Positions 1 to 11,112 of a stretch of 64,000 nt of DNA are shown piece by piece. A model generated the notes under the pieces. The model worked only from the letters and a program-made list of their open reading frames with translations, searched no databases and was not told the DNA's origin. The DNA lies in the NCBI GenBank assembly GCA_964016885.1, contig OZ024740.1:10168001-10232000 (forward strand), in the 5' to 3' direction. Numbering within the stretch: position 1 is the stretch's first letter; every line of letters starts with the position of its first letter. The stretch is from Eledone cirrhosa (lineage: Eukaryota). Made by a program: the position numbers and the translations under genes.

Positions 1-3000
1 ATAGTATAGAGTGTATATAGGTGTTATAGTATAGAGTCTATATAGGTGTTATAGTATAGAGTGTGTATAGGTGTTATAGTATAGAGTGTATATAGGGTTA
101 TAGTATAGAGTGTATATAGGGTTATAGTATAGAGTGTATATAGGTGTTATAGTATAGAGTGTATATAGGGTTATAGTATAGAGTGTATATAGGGTTATAG
201 TATAGAGTGTATATAGGGTTATAGTATAGAGTGTATATAGGGTTATATATAGAGTGTATATAGGTGTTATGGTATAGAGTGTATGTAGGGTTATAGTATA
301 GAGTATACATAGGTGTTATAGTATAGAGTGTATATAGGTGTTATAGTATAGAGTGTGTATAGGTGTTATAGTATAGAGTGTATATAGGGTTATAGTATAG
401 AGTGTATATAGGGTTATAGTATAGAGTGTATATAGGTGTTATAGTATAGAGTGTATATAGGTGTTATAGTATAGAGTGTGTATAGGTGTTATAGTATAGA
501 GTGTATATAGGGTTATAGTATAGAGTGTATATAGGGTTATAGTATAGAGTGTATATAGGTGTTATAGTATAGAGTGTATATAGGGTTATAGTATAGAGTG
601 TATATAGGGTTTTAGTATAGAGTGTATATAGGGTTATAGTATAGAGTGTATATAGGCTTATAGAATAGAGTGTATATAGGTGTTATAGTATAGAGTGTAT
701 ATAGAGTTATAGTATAGGGTATACGTAGGTGTTATAATATAGAGTGTATATAGGTGTTATAGTATAGAGTGTATATAGGGTTATAGTATAGAGTGTATAT
801 AGGTGTTATAGTATAGAGTGTATATAGGGTTATAGTATAGAGTGTATATAGGGTTATAGTATAGAGTGTATATAGGTGTTATAGTATAGAGTGTATATAG
901 GTGTTATAGTATAGAGTGTATATAGGGTTATAGTATAGAGTGTATATAGGGTTATAGTATACAGTGTGTATAGGTGTTATAGTATAGAGTGTATATAGGG
1001 TTATAGTATAGAGTGTATATAGGGTTATAGTATAGAGTGTATATAGGGTTATAGTATAGAGTGTATATAGGGTTATAGTATAGAGTGTATATAGGTGTTA
1101 TAATATAGAGTGTATATAGGTGTTATAGTATAGAGTGTATATAGGGTTATAGTATAGAGTGTATATAGGGTTATAGTATAGAGTGTATATAGGTGTTATA
1201 GTATAGAGTGTATATAGGGTTATAGTATAGGGTATACATAGGTGTTATAATATAGAGTGTATATAGGTGTTATAGTATAGAGTGTTTATAGGGTTATAGT
1301 ATAGAGTGTATATAGGTGTTATAGTATAGAGTGTATATAGGGTTATAGTATAGAGTGTATATAGGGTTATAGTATAGAGTGTATATAGGTGTTATAGTAT
1401 AGAGTGTATATAGGTGTTATAGTATAGAGTGTATATAGGGTTATAGTATAGAGTGTATATAGGGTTATAGTATACAATGTGTATAGGTGTTATAGTATAG
1501 AGTGTATATAGGGTTATAGTATAGAGTGTATATAGGGTTATAGTATAGAGTGTATATAGGGTTATAGTATAGAGTGTATATAGGGTTATAGTATAGAGTG
1601 TATATAGGTGTTATAGTATAGAGTGTATATAGGTGTTATAGTATAGAGTGTGTATAGGTGTTATAGTATAGAGTTTATATAGGGTTATAGTATAGAGTGT
1701 ATATAGGGTTATAGTATAGAGTGTATATAGGTGTTATGGTATAGAGTGTATATAGGATTATAGTATAGAGTATACATAGGTGTTATAGTATAGAGTGTAT
1801 ATAGGTGTTATAGTATAGAGTGTGTATAGGTGTTATAGTATAGAGTGTATATAGGGTTATACTATAGAGTGTATATAGGGTTATAGTATACAGTCTGTAT
1901 AGGTGTTATAGTATAGAGTGTATATAGGGTTATAGTATAGAGTGTATATAGGGTTATAGTATAGAGTGTATATAGGTTTTATCGTATAGAGTGTGTATAG
2001 GTGTTATAGTATAGAGTGTATATAGGGTTATAGTATAGAGTGTATATAGGGTTATAGTATAGAGTGTATATAGGTGTTATAGTATAGAGTGTGTATAGGT
2101 GTTATAGTATAGAGTGTATATAGGGTTATAGTATAGAGTGTATATAGGGTTATAGTATAGAGTGTATATAGGTGTTATAGTATAGAGTGTATATAGGTGT
2201 TATAGTATAGAGTGTATATAGGGTTATAGTATAGAGTGTATATAGGATTATAGTATACAGTGTGTATAGGTGTTATAGTATAGAGTGTATATAGGGTTAT
2301 AGTATAGAGTGTGTATAGGTGTTATAGTATAGAGTGTATATAGGGTTATAGTATAGAGTGTATATAGGGTTATAGTATAGAGTGTATATAGGTGTTATAG
2401 TATAGAGTGTATATAAGGTTATAGTATAGAGTGTATATAGGGTTTTAGTATAGAGTGTATATAGGGTTATAGTATAGAGTGTATATAGGCTTATAGTATA
2501 GAGTGTATATAGGTGTTATAGTATAGAGTGTATATAGGGTTATAGTATAGAGTATACATAGGTGTTATAATATAGAGTGTATATAGGTGTTATAGTATAG
2601 AGTGTATATAGGGTTATAGTATAGAGTGTATATAGGTGTTATAGTATAGAGTGTATATAGGGTTATAGTATAGTGTGTATATAGGGTTATAGTATAGAGT
2701 GTATATAGGTGTTATAGTATAGAGTGTATATAGGTGTTATAGTATAGAGTGTATATAGGGTTATAGTATAGAGTGTATATAGGGTTATAGTATACAGTGT
2801 GTATAGGTGTTATAGTATAGAGTGTATATAGGGTTATAGTATAGAGTGTATATAGGGTTATAGTATAGAGTGTATATAGGTTTTATCGTATAGAGTGTGT
2901 ATAGGTGTTATAGTATAGAGTGTATATAGGGTTATAGTATAGAGTGTATATAGGGTTATAGTATAGAGTGTATATAGGTGTTATAGAATAGAGTGTGTAT

Positions 3001-6000
3001 AGGTGTTATAGTATAGAGTGTATATAGGGTTATAGTATAGAGTGTATATAGGGTTATAGTATAGAGTGTATATAGGTATTATAGTATAGAGTGTATATAG
3101 GTTTATAGTATAGAGTGTATATAGGGTTATAGTATAGAGTGTATATAGGTGTTATAGTATAGAGTGTATATAGGTGTTATAGTATAGAGTGTATATAGGG
3201 TTATAGTATAGAGTGTATATAGGGCTATAGTATAGAGTGTATATAGGTGTTATAGTATAGAGTGTATATAGGGTTATAGTATAGAGTGTATATAGGGTTA
3301 TAGTATAGATTGTATATAGGTGTTATAGTATAGAGTGTATATAGGTGTTATAGTATAGAGTGTATATAGGGTTATAGTATAGAGTGTATATAGGGTTATA
3401 GTATAGAGTGTATATAGGTGTTATAGTATAGAGTGTATATAGGTGTTATAGTATAGAGTGTATATAGGGTTATAGTATAGAGTGTATATTGGGTTATAGT
3501 ATAGAGTGTGTATAGGTGTTATAGTATAGAGTGTATATAGGGTTATAGTATAGAGTGTATATAGGGTTATAGTATAGAGTGTATATAGGTGTTATCGTAT
3601 AGAGTGTGTATAGGTGTTATAGTATAGAGTGTATATAGGGTTATAGTATAGAGTGTATATAGGGTTATAGTATAGAGTGTATATAGGTGTTATAGTATAG
3701 AGTCTATATAGGTGTTATAGTATAGAGTGTGTATAGGTGTTATAGTATAGAGTGTATATAGGGTTATAGTATAGAGTGTATATAGGGTTATAGTATAGAG
3801 TGTATATAGGTGTTATAGTATAGAGTGTATATAGGGTTATAGTATAGAGTGTATATAGGGTTATAGTATAGAGTGTATATAGGGTTATAGTATAGAGTGT
3901 ATATAGGGTTATAGTATAGAGTGTATATAGGTGTTATGGTATAGAGTGTATGTAGGGTTATAGTATAGAGTATACATAGGTGTTATAGTATAGAGTGTAT
4001 ATAGGTGTTATAGTATAGAGTGTGTATAGGTGTTATAGTATAGAGTGTATATAGGGTTATAGTATAGAGTGTATATAGGGTTATAGTATAGAGTGTATAT
4101 AGGTGTTATAGTATAGAGTGTATATAGGTGTTATAGTATAGAGTGTGTATAGGTGTTATAGTATAGAGTGTATATAGGGTTATAGTATAGAGTGTATATA
4201 GGGTTATAGTATAGAGTGTATATAGGTGTTATAGTATAGAGTGTATATAGGGTTATAGTATAGAGTGTATATAGGGTTTTAGTATAGAGTGTATATAGGG
4301 TTATAGTATAGAGTGTATATAGGCTTATAGTATAGAGTGTATATAGGTGTTATAGTATAGAGTGTATATAGGGTTATAGTATAGGGTATACGTAGGTGTT
4401 ATAATATAGAGTGTATATAGGTGTTATAGTATAGAGTGTATATAGGGTTATAGTATAGAGTGTATATAGGTGTTATAGTATAGAGTGTATATAGGGTTAT
4501 AGTATAGAGTGTATATAGGGTTATAGTATAGAGTGTATATAGGTGTTATAGTATAGAATGTATATAGGTGTTATAGTATAGAGTGTATATAGGGTTATAG
4601 TATAGAGTGTATATAGGGTTATAGTATACAGTGTGTATAGGTGTTATAGTATAGAGTGTATATAGGGTTATAGTATAGAGTGTATATAGGGTTATAGTAT
4701 AGAGTGTATATAGGGTTATAGTATAGAGTGTATATAGGGTTATAGTATAGAGTGTATATAGGTGTTATAATATAGAGTGTATATAGGTGTTATAGTATAG
4801 AGTGTATATAGGGTTATAGTATAGAGTGTATATAGGGTTATAGTATAGAGTGTATATAGGTGTTATAGTATAGAGTGTATATAGGGTTATAGTATAGAGT
4901 GTATATAGGGTTATAGTATAGAGTGTATATAGGTGTTATAATATAGAGTGTATATAGGTGTTATAGTATAGAGTGTATATAGGGTTATAGTATAGAGTGT
5001 ATATAGGTGTTATAGTATAGAGTGTATATAGGGTTATAGTATAGAGTGTATATAGGGTTATAGTATAGAGTGTATATAGGTGTTATAGTATAGAGTGTAT
5101 ATAGGTGTTATAGTATAGAGTGTATATAGGGTTATAGTATAGAGTGTATATAGGGTTATAGTATACAATGTGTATAGGTGTTATAGTATAGAGTGTATAT
5201 AGGGTTATAGTATAGAGTGTATATAGGGTTATAGTATAGAGTGTATATAGGGTTATAGTATAGAGTGTATATAGGGTTATAGTATAGAGTGTATATAGGT
5301 GTTATAGTATAGAGTGTATATAGGTGTTATAGTATAGAGTGTGTATAGGTGTTATAGTATAGAGTTTATATAGTGTTATAGTATAGAGTGTATATAGGGT
5401 TATAGTATAGAGTGTATATAGGTGTTATGGTATAGAGTGTATATAGGGTTATAGTATAGAGTATACATAGGTGTTATAGTATAGAGTGTATATAGGTGTT
5501 ATAGTATAGAGTGTGTATAGGTGTTATAGTATAGAGTGTATATAGGGTTATAGTATAGAGTGTATATAGGGTTATAGTATACAGTGTGTATAGGTGTTAT
5601 AGTATAGAGTGTATATAGGGTTATAGTATAGAGTGTATATAGGGTTATAGTATAGAGTGTATATAGGTTTTATCGTATAGAGTGTGTATAGGTGTTATAG
5701 TATAGAGTGTATATAGGGTTATAGTATAGAGTGTATATAGGGTTATAGTATAGAGTGTATATAGGTGTTATAGTATAGAGTGTGTATAGGTGTTATAGTA
5801 TAGAGTGTATATAGGGTTATAGTATAGAGTGTATATAGGGTTATAGTATAGAGTGTATATAGGTGTTATAGTATAGAGTGTATATAGGTTTATAGTATAG
5901 AGTGTATATAGGGTTATAGTATAGAGTGTATATAGGTGTTATAGTATAGAGTGTATATAGGTGTTATAGTATAGAGTGTATATAGGGTTATAGTATAGAG

Positions 6001-7400
6001 TGTATATAGGGTTATAGTATAGAGTGTATATAGGTGTTATAGTATAGAGTGTATATAGGGTTATAGTATAGAATGTATATAGGGTTATAGTATAGATTGT
6101 ATATAGGTGTTATAGTATAGAGTGTATATAGGTGTTATAGTATAGAGTGTATATAGGGTTATAGTATAGAGTGTATATAGGGTTATAGTATAGAGTGTAT
6201 ATAGGTGTTATCGTATAGAGTGTGTATAGGTGTTATAGTATAGAGTGTATATAGGGTTATAGTATAGAGTGTATATAGGGTTATAGTATAGAGTGTATAT
6301 AGGTGTTATAGTATAGAGTCTATATAGGTGTTATAGTATAGAGTGTGTATAGGTGTTATAGTATAGAGTGTATATAGGGTTATAGTATAGAGTGTATATA
6401 GGGTTATAGTATAGAGTGTATATAGGTGTTATAGTATAGAGTGTATATAGGGTTATAGTATAGAGTGTATATAGGGTTATAGTATAGAGTGTATATAGGG
6501 TTATAGTATAAAGTGTATATAGGGTTATAGTATAGAGTGTATATAGGTGTTATGGTATAGAGTGTATGTAGGGTTATAGTATAGAGTATACATAGGTGTT
6601 ATAGTATAGAGTGTATATAGGTGTTATAGTATAGAGTGTGTATAGGTGTTATAGTATAGAGTGTATATAGGGTTATAGTATAGAGTGTATATAGGGTTAT
6701 AGTATAGAGTGTATATAGGTGTTATAGTATAGAGTGTATATAGGTGTTATAGTATAGAGTGTGTATAGGTGTTATAGTATAGAGTTTATATAGGGTTATA
6801 GTATAGAGTGTATATAGGGTTATAGTATAGAGTGTATATAGGTGTTATAGTATAGAGTGTATATAGGGTTATAGTATAGAGTGTATATAGGGTATTAGTA
6901 TAGAGTGTATATAGGGTTATAGTATAGAGTGTATATAGGCTTATAGTATAGAGTGTATATAGGTGTTATAGTATAGAGTGTATATAGGGTTATAGTATAG
7001 AGTATACATAGGTGTTATAATATAGAGTGTATATAGGTGTTATAGTATAGAGTGTATATAGGGTTATAGTATAGAGTGTATATAGGTGTTATAGTATAGA
7101 GTGTATATAGGGTTATAGTATAGAGTGTATATAGGGTTATAGTATAGAGTGTATATAGGTGTTATAGTATAGAGTGTATATAGGTGTTATAGTATAGAGT
7201 GTATATAGGGTTGTAGTATAGAGTGTATATAGGGTTATAGTATACAGTGTGTATAGGTATTATAGTATAGAGTGTATATAGGGTTATAGTATAGAGTGTA
7301 TATAGGGTTATAGTATAGAGTGTATATAGGGTTATAGTATAGAGTGTATATAGGGTTATAGTATAGAGTGTATATAGGTGTTATAGTATAGAGTGTATAT
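1..7400. repeat. Higher-order repeat: three related blocks starting near 1, 3670 and 6285
   Basis: GTCT variant at 36, 3702 and 6318; ACGT at 723/4390; TATACAATG at 1471/5162. Each is followed by the same order of other variants. Confidence 0.8.
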
Positions 7401-10400
7401 AGGTGTTATAGTATAGAGTGTGTATAGGTGTTATAGTATAGAGTTTATATAGGGTTATAGTATAGAGTGTATATAGGGTTATAGTATAGAGTGTATATAG
7501 GTGTTATGGTATAGAGTGTATATAGGGTTATAGTATAGAGTATACATAGGTGTTATAGTATAGAGTGTATATAGGTGTTATAGTATAGAGTGTGTATAGG
7601 TGTTATAGTATAGAGTGTATATAGGGTTATAGTATAGAGTGTATATAGGGTTATAGTATAGAGTGTATATAGGTGTTATAGTATAGAGTGTATATAGGTG
7701 TTATAGTATAGAGTGTGTATAGGTGTTATAGTATAGAGTTTATATAGGGTTATAGTATAGAGTGTATATAGCGTTATAGTATAGAGTGTATATAGGTGTT
7801 ATAGTATAGAGTGTATATAGGGTTATAGTATAGAGTGTATATAGGGTTTTAGTATAGAGTGTATATAGGGTTATAGTATAGAGTGTATATAGGCTTATAG
7901 TATAGAGTGTATATAGGTGTTATAGTATAGAGTGTATATAGGGTTATAGTATAGAGTGTATATAGGGTTATAGTATAGAGTGTATATAGGGTTATAGTAT
8001 AGAGTGTATATAGGTGTTATAGTATAGAGTATATATAGGTATTATAGTATAGAGTGTATATAGGTGTTATAGTATAGAGTGTATATAGGGTTATAGTATA
8101 GAGTGTATATAGGGTTATAGTATAAAGTGTATATAGTGTTATAGTATAGAGTGTATATAGGTGTTATAGTATAGAGTGTATATAGGTGTTATAGTATAGA
8201 GTGTATATAGGGTTATAGTATAGAGTGTATATAGGTGTTATAGTATAGAGTGTATAGAGGGTTATAGTATAGAGTGTATATAGGGTTATAGTATAAAGTG
8301 TATATAGGGTTATAGTATAGAGTGTATATAGGGTTATAGTATAGAGTGTATATAGGGTTATAGTATAGAGTGTATATAGGTGTTATAGTATAGAGTGTAT
8401 ATAGGGTTATAGTATAGAGTGTATATAGGGTTATAGTATAGAGTGTATATAGGTGTTATAGTATAGAGTGTATATAGGGTTATAGTATAGAGTGTATATA
8501 GGGTTATAGTATAGAGTGTATATAGGTGTTATAGTATAGAGTGTATATAGGTGTTATAGTATAGAGTGTATATAGAGTTATAGTATAGAGTGTATATAGG
8601 GTTATAGTATAGAGTGTATATAGGGGTTATAGTATAGAGTGTATATAGGTGTTATAGTATAAAGTGTATATAGGGTTATAGTATAAAGTGTATATAGGGT
8701 TATAGTATAGAGTGTATATAGGGTTATAGTATAGAGTGTATATAGGGTTATAGTATAGAGTGTATATAGGTCTTATAGTATAGAGTATATATAGGTGTTA
8801 TAGTATAGAGTGTATATAGGGTTATAGTATAGAGTGTATATAGGGTTATAGTATAGAGTGTATATAGGTGTTATAGTATAGAGTATATATAGGTGTTATA
8901 GTATAGAGTGTATATAGGTGTTATAGTATAGAGTGTATATAGGGTTATAGTATAGAGTGTATATAGGGTTATAGTATAATGTGTATATAGGGTTATAGTA
9001 TAGAGTGTATATAGGTGTTATAGTATAGAGTGTATATAGGTTTTATAGTATAGAGTGTATATAGGGTTATAGTATAGAGTGTATATAGGTGTTATAGTAT
9101 AGAGTGTATATAGGGTTATAGTATAGAGTGTATATGGGGTTATAGTATAAAGTGTATATAGGGTTATAGTATAGAGTGTATATAGGGTTAAAGTATAGAG
9201 TGTATATAGGGTTAATTATATAGAGTGTATATAGGTGTTATAGTATAGAGTGTATATAGGGTTATAGTATAGAGTGTATATAGGTGTTATAGTATAGAGT
9301 GTATATAGGGGTATAGTATAGAGTGTATATAGGGTTATAGTATAGAGTGTATATAGGTGTTATAGTATAGAGTGTATATAGGGTTATAGTATAGAGTGTA
9401 TATAGCGTTATAGTATAGAGTGTATATAGGTGTTATAGTATAGAGTGTATATAGGGTTATAGCATAGAGTGTATATAGGGTTTTAGTATAGAGTGTATAT
9501 AGGGTTATAGTATAGAGTGTATATAGGCTTATAGTATAGAGTGTATATAGGTGTTATAGTATAGAGTGTATATAGGGTTATAGTATAGAGTGTATATAGG
9601 GTTATAGTATAGAGTGTATATAGGGTTATAGTATAGAGTGTATATAGGTGTTATAGTATAGAGTATATATAGGTATTATAGTATAGAGTGTATATAGGTG
9701 TTATAGTATAGAGTGTATATAGGTGTTATAGTATAGAGTGTGTATAGGTGTTATAGTATAGAGTTTATATAGGGTTATAGTATAGAGTGTATATAGGGTT
9801 ATAGTATAGAGTGTATATAGGTGTTATGGTATAGAGTGTATATAGGGTTATAGTATAGAGTATACATAGGTGTTATAGTATAGAGTGTATATAGGTGTTA
9901 TAGTATAGAGTGTGTATAGGTGTTATAGTATAGAGTGTATATAGGGTTATAGTATAGAGTGTATATAGGGTTATAGTATAGAGTGTATATAGGTGTTATA
10001 GTATAGAGTGTATATAGGTGTTATAGTATAGAGTGTGTATAGGTGTTATAGTATAGAGTTTATATAGGGTTATAGTATAGAGTGTATATAGCGTTATAGT
10101 ATAGAGTGTATATAGGTGTTATAGTATAGAGTGTATATAGGGTTATAGTATAGAGTGTATATAGGGTTTTAGTATAGAGTGTATATAGAGTTATAGTATA
10201 GAGTGTATATAGGCTTATAGTATAGAGTGTATATAGGTGTTATAGTATAGAGTGTATATAGGGTTATAGTATAGAGTGTATATAGGGTTATAGTATAGAG
10301 TGTATATAGGGTTATAGTATAGAGTGTATATAGGTGTTATAGTATAGAGTATATATAGGTATTATAGTATAGAGTGTATATAGGTGTTATAGTATAGAGT

Positions 10401-10438
10401 GTATATAGGGTTATAGTATAGAGTGTATATAGGGTTAT

Positions 10439-10450
10439 AGTATAAAGTGT
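10439..10450 (+). repeat. Left target-site duplication AGTATAAAGTGT
   Basis: Identical to 11101-11112 and includes the non-consensus AAA variant. Empty paralogous sites at 8119-8130 and 12514-12525 carry it once, followed by ATATAGTGTT as at 11113. Confidence 0.93.
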
Positions 10451-10495
10451 TCATATTTATGAACATAAGAATATTTTAAGAATAAGACATATGTC

Positions 10496-10890
10496 AGGTC
10501 ACCACTTGGTGCTGCTGGTAACATGTATCCCAGTACAACCTGTCTCATGGTCGGGTCGTTGGCGACTAAACTGGCAACCCCACTAAGGTTTCTTGGTGAG
10601 GAGGGTGACTTTGGACATCCTGCAGGACTAAAAACAAAACCTGTCAAAGGGCAAAGGAGCTCTTAAGAGTCAATGGCCATCCAAAATCACCGGGAGAGAT
10701 GACCCCTTAGCCTTTGTCAAGGCAGAATTCTAGGAGAAGGAAAACTCTGATATAACACCTGCAACCCTGATGGTATCCAATGATGTTGACTTGTTCTTCT
10801 TTTTGGTAAATATCATCTTGGTTAAGAGAGTGGGACTGGCTTTGTGCAGTGCCTTTGCTCACTATAAAAGCTTCACGGCACAGGCATTGC
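10496..10890 (+). promoter_or_regulatory. Putative LINE-derived 5'UTR (internal promoter / structured leader)
   Basis: Non-coding and rich in stems: AGGTCACC 10496-503 / GGTGACTT 10604-11, CACTAAG 10581-87 / CTTGGTG 10592-98, GTCG-TTGG-CGAC 10555-66. Contains CTAGGAGAAGGAAAACTCTGA at 10730-10750, recalled from RTE 5'UTRs and not database-verified. The end coordinate is approximate. Confidence 0.45.
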
Positions 10891-10960
10891 TTTGTATCTG
10901 GAGATCTCTCTGCACTTGTCATTACATGGTACCATGGGCCCAGCACTATGTGTCAATAAT

Positions 10961-11041
10961 TGTCACAAGTGTAGTGTTTGTACCAGAGTTTTCAAGTTGC
11001 TGGCTGGACTAAAAAGTCACACTCGTTCAGCGTATCGGTAG
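10961..11041 (+). pseudogene. Remnant of a retrotransposon ORF C-terminus: C2H2 zinc finger CHKCSVCTRVFKLLAGLKSHTRSAYR*
   Basis: Manual translation of the frame starting at 10961 gives C-x2-C-x3-F-x5-L-x2-H spacing. The last His position reads Tyr (TAT, one transition from CAT), and a stop follows at 11039-11041. It resembles the CxxC...GLxSHxRxH end of RTE-clade ORFs. Confidence 0.75.
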
Positions 11042-11067
11042 GGGTTCTCCTACATGGATATAAAGTA

Positions 11068-11101
11068 GTGGCCGTACTCGAAAACGAGTTGGCAGCCACC
11101 A
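11068..11101 (+). other. 3'-terminal stem-loop and short tail of the retroelement (putative RT recognition signal)
   Basis: GTGGC(11068-72)/GCCAC(11095-99) outer stem, ACTCG(11076-80)-AAAA-CGAGT(11085-89) inner hairpin, ending in CCACC(A) against the TSD. Confidence 0.65.
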
Positions 11102-11112
11102 GTATAAAGTGT
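11101..11112 (+). repeat. Right target-site duplication AGTATAAAGTGT
   Basis: Identical to 10439-10450. The exact boundary is ambiguous by a few bases of microhomology (3' A, 5' TGT). Confidence 0.93.

Larger units (their letters stand above)
1..10450. repeat. 24/25-bp tandem satellite array, left segment (TTATAGTATAGAGTGTATATAGG[G|TG])n; runs off the window start
   Basis: Uninterrupted head-to-tail 24- and 25-bp monomers with scattered substitutions, read directly from the sequence. Confidence 0.99.
10451..11100 (+). mobile_element. 650-bp non-autonomous non-LTR retroelement insertion, probably an internally deleted (5'UTR + 3' end) RTE-clade LINE derivative
   Basis: Unique sequence with a 12-bp TSD and no terminal inverted repeats or LTR pair. 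It carries an RTE-type C-terminal zinc-finger remnant ending in TAG at 11039-11041, a 3' stem-loop ACTCG-AAAA-CGAGT, a (CCA)2 end, and an upstream CTAGGAGAAGGAAAACTCTGA motif that I recall from RTE 5'UTRs. No RT or endonuclease coding sequence is seen. The insertion itself is certain; the RTE assignment is inference. Confidence 0.8.

Noticed and set aside
122-310. 62-aa ORF with YYNPIYTL repeats
   Set aside because: It is a by-product of the 24-mer being stop-free in one minus-strand frame. Interspersed 25-mers frameshift it, and there is no sign of a gene.
10461-10490. CR1-like (TTCTTATG)n tail implying a minus-strand element
   Set aside because: Only one imperfect unit is present. The coding remnant, 3' hairpin and UTR motif all point to the + strand.
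10767-10790. Hammerhead ribozyme core (CTGATGG) or LTR primer-binding site (TGGTATC)
   Set aside because: The core deviates from CUGANGA with no downstream GAAA or stem II. The PBS match is only 7 nt and has no adjacent LTR.
10435-10946. Two minus-strand ORFs (70 aa and 79 aa)
   Set aside because: Short, antisense to the inferred element, and without domains. One lacks an ATG start and ends in the satellite.
10770-11012. 80-aa + strand ORF
   Set aside because: No recognisable motif. The meaningful zinc-finger signal is in a different + frame.
11066-11100. Helitron 3' hairpin or intrinsic terminator
   Set aside because: No CTRR end, and Helitrons make no TSD. There is no poly-T tract and the context is not prokaryotic.
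10448-11101. Solo LTR reading (TG...CA ends, 8-bp TSD GTATAAAG) or hAT/MITE
   Set aside because: The TG and final A are explained by the target sequence, LTR elements normally give 4-6 bp TSDs, and there are no terminal inverted repeats. The zinc-finger end and 3' tail fit a non-LTR element better.
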